From the NCBI GenBank assembly GCA_951406725.2, contig OX597814.1, positions 183,334,001 to 183,398,000 of the forward strand: a stretch of DNA of 64,000 nt, read 5' to 3'. The first letter of the stretch is position 1. Each line of letters opens with the position of its first letter. Below the pieces are notes generated by a model that was given only the letters and a program-made list of their open reading frames with translations, was not told where the DNA came from and searched no databases. The DNA is from Octopus vulgaris (Eukaryota). Below, piece by piece: positions 39,600-52,072 of this stretch. A program made the translations under genes and the position numbers.

Positions 39600-39785
39600 C
39601 CAGGAACCTTTCGAAACGTCTCCCCCTTTTGGGAGTTTTTTATTGTTAAATTTTTTAAGTGTTATTAAGTTTTTACTCGATGTTTTTCAAAAACGGACAA
39701 AACCCTTTGTAACCATTCGTCCTGTCTTGTCCCTTCATGTTTCAAATCATGCGTGTCAGCCCTTGTGGCCAATAAAAAAGAATTA

Positions 39786-39826
<41 letters not shown>
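39600..39826 (+). mobile_element. LINE-like 3' UTR fragment sharing its tail with SINE-A1
   Basis: gtcctgtcttgtcccttcatgttt...agcccttgtggccaataaaaaagaa versus the A1 tail gtccttgtttgtcccctctatgtttagccccttgtgggcaataaagaa. Confidence 0.45.
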
Positions 39827-39829
<3 letters not shown>

Positions 39830-40042
39830 CCTTGTAAAAAATAGCTTTGGTGGATCAGATGTTATTTGAGGAAAACAACGACAAACAGTAATGATAGAAG
39901 GACTACAAGTGTTTGGTAAAAAACATTTGACGTAATAATTATCAACACAGAAATCCCTACGATTAAAGCAACGCAAACTCAAGCATATTCATTTTCATCC
40001 CCCGATGTTATTATTATAATTATCATTCATCTTCGGAGACAC

Positions 40043-40341
40043 ATGAGGCACAATGGTCCAGTGGTTAGGGCAGCGGACTCGCGGTCTGAGGACCAGGCGT
40101 TGTGTGTGTTTATTGAGCGAAAACACTTAAAAGCTCCACGAGGCTCCGGCAGGGGGTTGTGGCGACCCCTTTTGTACTCTTTCGCCACAACTTTCTCTCA
40201 CTCTCTCGCTTCCTGTTTCTTGAGTAACGCTGCGATGGACTGGTGTCCCGTCCACCTGGGGGGAACACATACGCCACAGAAACCGGGTAACCGGGCCCAT
40301 GAGTCTGGCTAGGCTTGAAAAGGTCGACGTTTATCGTTTTG
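40043..40341 (+). mobile_element. SINE: family C head with tail 3
   Basis: C head, then taacgctgcgatggactggtgtcccgtcc...gaaaccggg...catgag. cggagaca flanks both sides. Confidence 0.87.
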
Positions 40342-40604
40342 CGGAGACAAATAATTGTTTGTATTAAACGACTTACTTATGGTAAAAATGGGTAGAAAGG
40401 GCCAATACGAAAGTATTGATTCGTATAAAATAATACTGTTAAACTTAATGAACAGAAGATGATAGAAATGCACACAGCGGTTCAAATCTTTGGTTATGAA
40501 CGGGAATTCCTTATGTTATCCAAATAAGTGATTACTATGGTTTACGAAATATGTGTGTGCTCGTGTGTGCAAGTGTTTGTGTGCATATGGCTGTATGCAT
40601 GTAT

Positions 40605-40715
40605 ATGTGTGTTACATGTTTTCTTTGGCATTTATTTAATCTTCTTTCCTTTGAAAAATATGTGCGGTTGAGAGCGTGTTTTTAGGCCAGGACTTTCAAA
40701 TGGAGAGTTCTTGGA
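40605..40715 (-). mobile_element. Short 3' UTR copy of the LINE at 37707-38295
   Basis: The reverse complement aligns with 38186-38295 (actctccatttgaaagtcctgg...aaagaaaacatgtaa). Confidence 0.8.
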
Positions 40716-41168
40716 GTGTGTGTGTGTGTATGCGCACGCGTGTATGAATGCACATATATATATTTACATTATGAAAGTTATTGAAAATATTTCCTCGACA
40801 AAAATGAAGTTCTTGAAGAAACTGGTGCTGTGCTACATTACGCAGGAATTTATTTGACTTTCTCTTTATCTTTTAAGATTTTTTTAACGTCTTTCGATAA
40901 CTGTTTGTTTACTATTTATATCAACTAAAGATCATTATTTTTACATTAGATTCAGAAAGAAAGTGTGGGCGAGGTTCTTAGAATGTGGTACCGCATGATT
41001 TTCTTTTTTTTTTTTTTTTTGACAGGGTAATGATCACTTCCACAACCACTTGTGTGGCATAATTATAGGGTCTGAAGAGTGAAACAAACAATAAGTTGGG
41101 AAACCGTTAACTTGTCTAGCGAAATAGAACAGCATAAAACTGGCAAAGAATACATATATACACTTAAT

Positions 41169-41171
<3 letters not shown>

Positions 41172-41254
<83 letters not shown>

Positions 41255-41306
41255 CGTACATACACACACATCTGGAAGAATATGTATATTTATTTATATA
41301 TATGTG

Positions 41307-41337
<31 letters not shown>

Positions 41338-41635
41338 ACAAATATATATTCAAAATACATATATATGTATATATATAGATACAAACATACCTATCTATCT
41401 GTCTGTCTATATATCTATCTATCTACCTATCTATCAACCTACCTATCTATCTACCTATCCATCAACCTACCTATCTACCTACCTACCTACCTACCTACCT
41501 ACCTACCTACCTACCTACCTACCTATGTATCTACCTATCTATCTATCTGCCTATCTATCTATCAACCTATCTATCAATCAACCTATCTATCAATCAACCT
41601 ATCTATCTATCTATCTACCTATCTACCTATCTATA
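41172..41635. repeat. (TA)n plus (CTAT/CTAC)n microsatellites
   Basis: Directly visible. Confidence 0.95.
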
Positions 41636-42677
41636 CTGAATAAGTTTTTTATTGTCTTTCTGATATTTTCCAGACCAGTTTATTTCACTGTCTCTCTTTT
41701 CAGTTCTCTACACCATGTAGAAATTCACTATCATGATATAAAACTATAAAACGAAATAATATATATCCAGAATGTGAAATTGGTAAGATCACGAAATAAG
41801 CTTTGATTTAAATAAATGTAAAATTAATTACCATATAAGGTATAAAGCAGGTCACATTCTTTTAGACCCATCAAACATCGTGTATTGATTTTTGAATTTA
41901 TTACTTACGACTTAAACATGATTTTCTTCTTCGACTGTTTTGACAATACATTAAAGTGTACAGGATAAAATATTGATATTGCAAAGAAATAACTTAGTTT
42001 ATGGGTCTTGATGAGAAAGAAAAATCAATATTCTGTTGCCTTTATTGTATGTATATATTGACCTTATTCCAAAACAATACAGCTTTTGCTAAAGGAATTA
42101 AAGTGTTGCTGTCATTGAAAGGAAAATATTCCACTGTTAAATCAGAACACTTGCAAAAATATACAGAATAAATAACCAATGAACGCCTATCTTATTTGAC
42201 TCAAACGATAAAAGAAGAAAGAAAAGGAAACAAAGCGAGAGGGCTACATATAACGAGATTCTCAACTGACATATATGTGTGGGTTGCACTAGAAAAATAA
42301 AAGCAAAATTGGATGCGTTTCAGATATCCTAACTTGTAATTTGTAATCTGGTTTTCAGAAATAATAACCCTAGGGAATAACAATGGTTTATAAATAGCCA
42401 AATCACCATTACAACTTGACGTATGATAATTCTGAACGATAGTAGCATACTCTAAGAGGTTTAATGTTAATAAAAACAAAAACAAATAAGGAAAAATAAA
42501 CTCTCTTTGATGTCCACGGTTGTTTACAGTATGGGTAGTGAAAATAAGACAAATTCATTATTCTGTCCTTCTTAGTAAAGCTAGTCATTATGATTTTGGA
42601 CTTCAAATAATCCCAATAATGAGTTTTGTATTTGCATTTTAAATAATCTCAGAGTATTTATTTCTGGGTTAAATTGT

Positions 42678-43196
42678 GATTGATTGTGACCTCCTTCGGT
42701 CATGAATGACCATGGGATTGCACCTAGAAAGTTACCCTCCGAGGCACAAGTCTGGGCAAGGTTGTTTATGGAAGACCAGCAGTCGCACACGCATACCATC
42801 CTCCCCTCTCCACGCCACCGATGTTATCCAAGGGAAAGGCAAAGGCCGATAGAGCTTGGCACCGTTGACGTCGCAACTCATTTATTAATGTGCAAGTGGC
42901 TGAGCACTCCACAGACACGTGTACCCATAACGTAGTTCTCGAGGAGATTCAGCGTGACACAGAGGGTGACAAGGCTTGCCCTTTGAAATACAGGTACAGC
43001 AAAAACAAGAAGAAAGAGTGAGAGAAAGTTGTGGTGAAAGAGTACAGCGGGGTTCACCATCACCCCCTGCCGGAACCTCGTGGAGCTTTAGGTGTTTTCA
43101 CTCAATAAACACTCACAATGCCCGGTCTGGGAATCGAAACCGCGATCCTACGACCGCAAGTTCGCTGCCCTAACCACTGGGTCATTGCGCCTCCAC
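42678..43196 (-). mobile_element. Chimeric SINE: C head, partial tail 2, then tail E
   Basis: TSD gggttaaattgt 42666-42677 / ggattaaattgt 43197-43208. Junction near 42882. Confidence 0.88.
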
Positions 43197-43286
43197 GGAT
43201 TAAATTGTAATGTCTTTAAAATAAGGCCCAATTTATTCTAGTTTGTTGTAAAATTAAAAAACCCGAACTGTTTAATTGTTAGATAT

Positions 43287-43326
43287 CTCTATTGAGAACC
43301 CAGTAAGGTTCGAAGATCGATTAAGG
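43287..43326 (+). ncRNA. Strongly decayed hammerhead-like motif
   Basis: ct CTATTGA gaacc cagtaa ggttc GAAG atcgat taag: perfect 5-bp stem II and a palindrome, but three core changes. Confidence 0.25.
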
Positions 43327-43341
43327 CTCTTTATCATTTTA

Positions 43342-43535
43342 TAAGTGCAGGCATGGCTCTGCGGCAAAAAGTTTGCTTTCCAACCGCATGGTTCTGGATT
43401 CAGTCCCACTTCGTGTAACCTTAGGCAAGTGTCTACTACTGTAGCCTTGGGACGCCCAAAGCCCTGTGAGTGGATTTGGTAGACAGAAACTGAAAGAATT
43501 TCGTCGTGTAGATATATATATATATATATATATAT
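43342..43535 (+). mobile_element. SINE family B, 5' half
   Basis: Head and body up to the TA tract. Confidence 0.85.
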
Positions 43536-43701
43536 CCACTCGGCTTAATGACAAGAAACTAGTGCATAATAAATGATATTATGTTAAATACTTCCCAAAG
43601 GTCAGGATTTATATTAACCTAAAACTAATAATTGCAAAGAACAAATAAACCGTTTCTTGACAGATTTTTCCAGTAGATTTTACATTATACTTACATGTTT
43701 A

Positions 43702-44040
43702 TAGTAGCCTAGTGGTTAGGCTGGTCGTCACATGACCATAGGATTTCTGGACCGGGGTGGAGTGGGGGTGGTAGTCAGATAGTGTCCTTGGACAATCTAC
43801 TTCATTTCACATTGCGCCAGTCTTCTCAGCTATGAAGAACACCAGCTCAGTGCCGGTGCAGCCCTCTCTGCCTCCTGATATCACACGTTAGGTTTTTGCG
43901 CTGGGTCAATGGTGAGTTTATCAAGAGGGCGTCTCTATTCACGACTATATAGAAATCTAGAACAGTTAATGAACGCATGGTACATACTACTAAGCCAGAC
44001 TAGTCCAGCAGTGATGACTGGCTGCAGTGTACTTCAGGCC
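43702..44040 (+). mobile_element. Old D-type SINE with a different tail
   Basis: tagcctagtggttagg A box and gtgtccttggacaa..cttcatttcacattgcgccagtc..ctcagct. Confidence 0.5.
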
Positions 44041-46791
44041 TTTGTTTAAAGTAGCGATTCTTCATCGAACTATGAAAAAGAATTCGTTAAAGAAGAAGTT
44101 GAAAGGTGAAATGCAAATTGCATTGATGCGAAAATTATTTCTGCTCAAGGAATAAAATATCTCACATATGATAGGTTTCAAAATCTTACTCATATGATAT
44201 TCTCTTTCACTGTGTATTTTATACCATCTCATTCCAAAATCAGAGCACACTTGTCCAAATTCATGGGTAGTTTGTCGTCAGCACCGCGTTAATTTTGCCG
44301 GGAACACTCTATCTCTTGTATATCTTAAGAATATTTGACTTTCATTTTTAAACTCTCATTTGCCTTCAGGATATTTATCTCCCATAAATAACGCCGTGTG
44401 AATGTTCGTGGGAGGTCACTCCCAATATCCATTGCTTCAGAAGTGAAAAACGGGTTCAGTGACACACTTCTCTCTCTCCATCCCACCACATAAAAATCCG
44501 AAGGAAAGCCCAATGTTCAATACAACATGGAACGGAAATAAAAGAAACTCGGGTAATTAGCTAAGAACCTCCTCATAACCTGTTAGTATTCACATTTTAC
44601 CAACATAATGTTGTGGAAACAGGGGATAAGAAGTAGCTATATTCGATCTTGTGGCTCAGCAAAATAATTTGCGTTCAGTTACCACCTATATGTACTAATG
44701 TGACAACTATATGCCTAAATTCAGAACACAACATAATCTCATTGGTAGACTACAAACTCTTAACCTATGTACTGCAAGGTAGTAACTTAAATAATTGTTT
44801 GGCCAGAAGTTTTAAATATAAAAGATCTATAAAGATTTTTTTTTTTTACATTTAAAAATATAAAACTGGTAAAAGTCCAAATCAATTTACACATATTTTA
44901 AAATGTTTGTTAGGTCAGTTCTAGTTTCTACTCAACACATACCAATTCTGCCCATTTAGTTCGGACTAAATTATTAATAGCCATTATCATTTTTTTTTTT
45001 TCAAGTTTGATTGAGCTCTCTTCAAGAAAATAGCTTGGAACATTGCAGCAATTTCGATAAACTTTAACGAGATTGCGGTAACGAGTTACAGAGTTTGACT
45101 AGATGATTGATTATGAGTTTAAAGTATTAATTTAGATTATTAGTTTAAAAATACATATCACAATGTATCTATTTCAATCAGGCGCCATTTGGATTACTAT
45201 CTGAACATAGTTCTTCTGAAGTTAAAAGAGCTCACTCATACCATTTAAATCAGAATCTATATCAGATTTTCAACGCATTAAAAAGATCTCACTCATATTA
45301 TCAACCTGACAACTAATCAAACTCAATTTTACGTGGTAACCTATCAAGGAATCGACAGAACACAAATTACTGTATGGAAAGTAAGACAGGCATTATATTC
45401 CCTCATACGATGATTTGTACGATGATTTGATGTGAAATTATTTTAGATTTCTCTCCGTCTTCAAGTTTGGACAAAACACAGAATCGAGACACAACATCAC
45501 AAGAAACCAGCTGTTATATTTTATTAGATTTTAATGACAGGTTCCTTCCTTTCCTTTTCTGGTACAAAGGATATATAGAATAATCGCAATCTAATTTATT
45601 ATTCTCGCATGTCTTTTTAAGCTTATCGATTTTTATTATCAAAGTTATTTCATTATATTACTAATATTCTCTATCGCACTGTATTTACGACTTCCAATCA
45701 CCTCTTTCTGCATTCTTTTATATTTTTCTTAAAATAAATGTTGATTAGCACAGAAGAAGAAGAAAGAATTATTTTCATAATTACACTAGAATACAACAGA
45801 AAGAAAAAAAATACTGTATTGAGCTTTTTAAAACTGACTAATGGAAATTTTGGTGATTTAATTTTTTCTGTTTTCAAGTCTCGCTCTTTTATCCTTTTTA
45901 TACTCATGCGTATATTGATGTTTACTCACAAAAAATACACGCACAAACGCATGCACGCAGATACAGACAAACACACGAGCACACAAGCATACATTCTCCC
46001 ACATGCAAGCAACAGACGGAGACACGCACACATACGTATATAGACTCATATACGCATTTGCGCGCGCACACACAAGTGGAGAGTAAAACTTGGAGCAAAA
46101 TGCATTTTGAATAATATAAGCAATCGTGCTTATAAGTGTTTTTAAATTCATATCTATTCTTTATATTATATACTTTGTGTAAATTACAATTACACATGAG
46201 CGCACACATTCGCATCTACATATCACATGTGTGTATTTGTATGTGTGTGTGCATGTCTCTGTAAATAAGAATGAGTATGTATAATAGGCCTTTCCTGTGA
46301 ATCCTGAAAAGAAGCATTATTTTCTATTCAGTAGCGAATGTAAAAAAAGTAAAGAAACAAGTTTTATTATTCAAGTATAATCATACATATTTGCAGTATT
46401 GTCAGGTTTTGTTAACTATCCAAGTGTTATTCTACCGTCTTTGTTTAAGCTATATTCTAGAAGTACATAGCGGGAGTCGTTAAATAAAAGAAGGAGTTTC
46501 ATGACACAAATACAATTCGTATTTGCGGCTATTATATTTACGTATCATTACAGTACGGGTTGCTGAGAAAGTCAAGAAATTCGCCTAATTACAATCATTC
46601 GTTACCAGGAAACTGAGACATTATATTTCAGTAAGTAGAAGTAGATTTTCATTGTGCACACATTGATCTGGCTACTTGTAGGAAAGGTTAAATAGGAATT
46701 TGTAAATTTAGAACATTAATGACTACTGGCTGGTCAATGCCTTACAATTTAGTATCAAATTAAAGACATTTTATATAACATTATATATATA

Positions 46792-47060
46792 TAGGCGCAG
46801 AAATGGCTGTTTGGTAAGTAGCTTGCTTACGAACCACATGGTTTTTGTGTCTGTGTTTGTCCCCCACCATCGCTTGACAACCAATGCTGGTGTGTTTACG
46901 TCCCCGTAACTTAGCGTCTCGGCAAAAGAGACCGATAGAATAAGTACTAGGCTTACAAAGAATAAGTCCTGGGTTCGATTTGCTCGACTAAAAGCGGTGC
47001 TCCAGCATGGCCGCAGTCAAATGACGGAAACACGTAAAAGAGCAAAAGAGAGAGTAAGAG
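46792..47060 (+). mobile_element. SINE family B with internal deletion
   Basis: The head is joined directly to the post-microsatellite body. Confidence 0.9.
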
Positions 47061-47109
47061 TATATAACGTTATCATGTTATAGATAGAAAGCCATGTGGC
47101 TTATAATTC

Positions 47110-47295
47110 TTACTTTTGGTACAAGGCTAGTAGTTTTGAGAGGAGGGGTAGTCGATGACACCGACCTCATTGCTTAACTGGTACTTAATTTATCGCCTCC
47201 GAAAGGATAAAAAGCAAAGTAGATCTCGGTGGCACTGAACTCAGAAAGTGAATAACCGGTAGAAATGCTGCTAAGCATTTTGTCCAGCGTAGTAT
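47110..47295 (-). mobile_element. Older SINE-A2 copy
   Basis: actggtacttaatttatcg...gcaaagt...gaactcagaa. Confidence 0.78.
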
Positions 47296-47634
47296 TGCTT
47301 ATAAGGATTAACTATTTTAAATTATTAAACATCTCAGATTAAGGAAAGTGGGGAAAATTGTTGCCAAAATATATGATAGTTATGGTATAATTATTGCAAT
47401 TCATAAATGATTTATTTGATCCTAATATAAGAAATCCGTACTTGGCTTCTGTAGGTAACATCGGTGGTCAATGATATTAATAACTTGTAGGGATGCAATA
47501 ATTCGTTATGCAATTATAATATACTATAGAGTATATTAAACGTTTTTGTAAGTCAATACCATGGTCTATAGTGTCAGCAGTGCGCTTTACATCACTTGTT
47601 AGGGTTACCTCTACAGAAAAGAATATCTGTAGAG

Positions 47635-48038
47635 AGCTGGCGAGCTGGCAGAATGGTTAGCACGCCGGGCGAAATGCTTAGCGGTATTTCGTCTGCTGTT
47701 AGGTTCTGAGTTCAAATTCCGCCGAGGTCGACTTTGCCTTTCATCCTTTCGAGTTCGATAAATTAAGTACCAGTTACGCACTGGGATCGATATAATCGAC
47801 TTAATCCCTGTGTCTATCCTTGTTTGTCCCCTCTGTGTTTAGCCCCTTATGGGTAGTAAAGAAATAGGTATTTCATCTGCCGCTACGTTGTGAGTTCAAA
47901 TTCCGCCGAGGTCGACTTTGCCTTTCATCCTTTCGGGGTCGATAAATTAAGTACCAGTTACGCACTGGAGTCGATATAATCGACTTAATCCCTTGTTTCC
48001 CCTTCTATGTTTAGCCCCTTGTGGGCCATAAATAAATG
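47635..48038 (+). mobile_element. SINE family A1 dimer with 15-bp TSD
   Basis: agaatatctgtagag at 47620-47634 and 48039-48053. Junction aaagaaata|ggtatttc near 47867. Confidence 0.94.
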
Positions 48039-48297
48039 AGAATATCTGTAGAGGTAAACCTAACACGTGCTGTTCAATAAATGAAGCAACCCAGAAGTCA
48101 ACGATGGAAATCGATTAAACCGTGTTCACAATAGTTGTATATTTAAAATATTTGGAAGAGTTATGGGTTTTGTTCCACCATGTAATAAAGGCATTTCTCT
48201 ACTGCAATAGGGGAAAAAACAACTTGAATATTAGATTTATATTTCCATTGATGATGTTGCAGCTTCCTCACTGAAATTCTAGTTGTCCTAGAAATCT

Positions 48298-48358
<61 letters not shown>

Positions 48359-49643
48359 GTATGTATATATATATTTCTATGACTAGTGTTCACTTTTATG
48401 TGTAAACTTGAAACTCATATACATTTCCATGTGTCTGAATATATTTCATTTCCCTATAATACATATGTTTAAATTGAAAATATCATTAGCTATCTAATAT
48501 TATATTCGTGAAAAGGTATTCATTTATCAAAAAGCTGAAATAACAGACAATCGTGCACATATATGTACATAAATTTTTAGTGATCGAAATATTTTTATGC
48601 TTTTAATGATCACTATTTATGATCAGCAATGCCTAATGTTCTTATCAAGTAAAAAATAATGGTAAATCGCATTCAAAGGACTCTAAGTTAATAACCATTT
48701 ATTCTCTAAAAATCAGGAATATTTTATAACTTTCAGAACTTTCCTGTGATTTTATTGTTATTCTGCCTTGAAGCGTCTTCAATATGAAAAAAAAGAAAAA
48801 AGAAATAATGAGGCTATATTTTGTTGCAGAAGAAGACTTGCTATATTAAAATGCCACCTCAACTGAAAAACAAACAAACAATCAAACAGAAGAAAGAATA
48901 AAAAAAAAGAAAGCAAAAAGGTAACAGGAGAGAGTTGCCGAAGAGGATGGAACCGGAAACAAACAGTGCGCTGAGTTGGCTTTGAAGAGGCGTACCATCA
49001 CTTTACAGATCCCGTGATAGCAAAGGCGTCCTTTATTCTAAATGGCAGCGAATTCGTAGCACGCGGTGTTCCCTTATCCAGATATTTATATCATTACATT
49101 TAGATGCTCCTTCTCTGACCATTTTCTGATTCTCTATAGTGCTTAGATGTAATCCATGTAAGAGACAGGGATATATTTAGCGATAGTGCAGATAGGAAAT
49201 ACGTAAACGTCCTTGACTTCATCAATTCATCAAAAAGAAAGCGTTAGTGATGGTTTTCAGGGACATTTTAAGTTGCAAAGATTCACTCTCCAACTGGCTA
49301 AAAGCCACTGGCTCAAAGATAAGATTCTCTTCCTCCTTCTCCCCTCTTCCACCTCCCGTTCCCCTCCCATTCCCCTCCTACTCTCCCTCCACTACCCTCT
49401 TTCTCTCTGTCACTCTGTACTCCTCTTTTCCAAATGCAATGGTTTATGCTTCTCTGAGGGAGCATAACAAAAACCACTTCTATATTTTTCCAAATTATGC
49501 GCCAGTTACATTACAGTGTCTCATCAAAAAAAAACCCCTCATAATATTAAATCCCTTAATCGTTGTTTTTTTCATAGAGTTTAACCTGTCTGGAATTGTT
49601 TCCTATGAATAATTTTCTTACAAGAATTGACCTACTAAATATC

Positions 49644-50257
49644 CTTTTCTAATCTAGGCACAAGGCCAGAAATTTTTTTGGGAGGGGGTCAGTCGATTAG
49701 ATCGACTTCAGTACGCAACTGGTACTTAATTTATCGACCTTGAAAGGATGAAAGGTAAAGTCGACCTCGACAGAATTTGAACTCAGAATGTAAAGACAGA
49801 TGAACTACCGCTAAGCATTTCGCCCGGCGTGCTAACATTTCTTATTTCTTTATTGCCCATAAGGGGCTAAACATAGAGGAGACAAAAAAGGACAGTCAAA
49901 CGGACTACGTCGATTATATCGACCCCAGTGCGTAACTGGCACTTAATTTATCGACCCCGAAAAGATGAAAGGCAAAGTCGACCTCAGCAGAATTTGAACT
50001 CAGAATATAAAGACAGACAAAATACCTATTTCTTTACTACACATAAGGAGCTAAACACAGAGAGGACAAACAAGGACAGACAAACGGATTAACTCGATTA
50101 CATCTACTCCAGTGCGTAACTGGTACTTATTTAATCGACCCCGAAAGGATGAAAGGCAAAGTCGATCTCGGCGGAATTTGAACTCAGAACGTAACGGCAG
50201 ACGAAATACCGCTGAGCATTTCGCCAGCGTGCTAACATTGCTGCCAGTTCGCCGCCT
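49644..50257 (-). mobile_element. SINE-A trimer (A1-A1-A2 units) within one TSD
   Basis: ttgacctactaaatatc 49627-49643 / ttgatctactaaatatc 50258-50274. Confidence 0.9.
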
Positions 50258-50419
50258 TTGATCTACTAAATATCAAACTAGACATCTGCTCTATAGAGCT
50301 TAGTAGTATAGGAGGGCATACACAAATCTAGAACGACTCCTCGTTCGTGTTTCTCTGATTAAAGCTTAAACGTTACTATGGTTATCTTTGTCATTCATCC
50401 ATCTAGATGTATTACAACC

Positions 50420-50785
50420 CTAGGTTAGGACAGCGGACTCGCGGTCATAGGATCGCGGTTTCGATTCCCAGACCGGGCGTTATGAGTGTTTATTGAGCGA
50501 AAACACCTAAAGCTCCACGAGGCTCCGGCAGGGGATGGTGATGATCCCTGCTGTACTCTTTCACCACAACTTTCTCTCACTCTTACTTCCTGTTTCTGTT
50601 GTACCTGTATTTTAAAGGGTCGGCCTTGTCACTCTCTGTGTCACGCTGAATATCTCCGAGAGCTACGTTAAGGGTACACGTGTCTGTGGAGTGCTCAGCC
50701 ATTTACACGTTAATTTCACGAGCAGGCTGTTCCGTTGATTCGGATCAACCGGAACCCTCGTCGTTGTAACCGACGGAGTGCTTCC
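50420..50785 (+). mobile_element. SINE family C with tail 2
   Basis: B box gtttcgattccc; attacaacc flanks both sides (50411 and 50786). Confidence 0.92.
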
Positions 50786-50864
50786 ATTACAACCAGTTCC
50801 AGTCATATACTGTGGTTTACTCAACCAACCAAATGTGTTCTTACAAACGCATACCTATTCACCT

Positions 50865-51206
50865 TCTTTTTTTTTTTTCTTTTTTACTCCGCCGGTTACG
50901 ACGACGAGGGTCCCAGCTGATACGATCAACGGAACAGCTTGCTCGTGAAATTAACGTGCAAATGGCTGAGCATTCCACAGACACGTGTACCCTTAACGTA
51001 GTTCTCGGGGATAATCAGCGTGACACAGAGAGTGACAAGGCTGACCCTTTGAAATACAAGTGCAACTCATTTTTGCCAGCTGAGTGGACTGGAGCAACGT
51101 GAAATAAAGTGTCTTGCTCAAGGACACAACGCGTCGCCGGGAATCGAACACACAACCTTACGATCATGAGCCGAATGCCCTAACCACTAAGCCACGCGCC
51201 CTCACT
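50865..51206 (-). mobile_element. SINE family D with tail 2 and poly(A)
   Basis: A box tggcttagtgg and B box gttcgattcc; TSD ctattcacct at 50855 and 51207. Confidence 0.93.
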
Positions 51207-51919
51207 CTATTCACCTATTTGAATAGTCAACAACTGTTTATCTGACAAATATATTCAGCATTACATAATTTTATCGAATAAAAATTATTACTGTATTATT
51301 AATAGGTGATAAGATCTTACGGAATTTGACTGATGTTAATAATTCTGTTTGACTGAAGCCAATTATATAACCTGCGGTAGATTAATTTGTTTCATCTATT
51401 TAATGCTAAATAAACCGGAGTCAAGTATTTAGTATATGGATTATAATTATTCTCAGAAATAAAGTTTCATCTCAAAGTTCTGTTAGGGGGGGAAAATGGG
51501 TAGTAAAGTGTCAACAACTATTTTTAACATTAGTTATGTAACAGAAATCAAGGGTCATAATCTGAAAATTTAACGCTACTGTCACTAGGTTGATATTGAT
51601 AAAATCAACTCAAATTCCTATACAAATCTCTTACGCTAAATGTTTAACTATATGAAAAGAACAGAAACATAAAAACCATACACAGAGTGAACAAAAAGAA
51701 AGGGCGTTTCTACATGTTAGTTCGATCAGCAAGAAATACCATTTTAATTTCTTGTCGGTCAAAACCTATTGTCTTACGACTGACCTAGTCGACAGGATCG
51801 TCGGTTGGGTTCACGCGTAGGAACCGTTACGGCATATTGCGGTTCCACTTCAACTACTTTCGGTCTCGACTTTGTCATTATTTCGGAGTCGATAAATAAA
51901 GTATTAGTCCTGTAGTTCT

Positions 51920-51950
51920 TGCCTTCCTTCCTTCCTTCCTTCCTTCCTTC

Positions 51951-52025
<75 letters not shown>

Positions 52026-52072
52026 TTTTTTTTCTTTCTTTCTTTCTTTCTTTCTGTCTTTCTTTCTTTCTT
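51920..52072. repeat. (CCTT)n(CTTT)n microsatellite
   Basis: Directly visible. Confidence 0.96.

Noticed and set aside
38186-40715. Large DNA transposon with 110-bp TIRs
   Set aside because: The left copy is continuous with a LINE ORF end and both copies end in TA-type tails; they are better explained as two LINE 3' UTRs.
48934-48972. CCGAAGA-gg..cc-gGAAAC hammerhead-like match
   Set aside because: Only a 2-bp stem II, a GUG site and no stem I; likely chance.
50420-50480. tRNA-like sequences with A and B boxes (heads of families A-D)
   Set aside because: They continue into SINE bodies and lack an intact acceptor stem; they are SINE heads, not tRNA genes.
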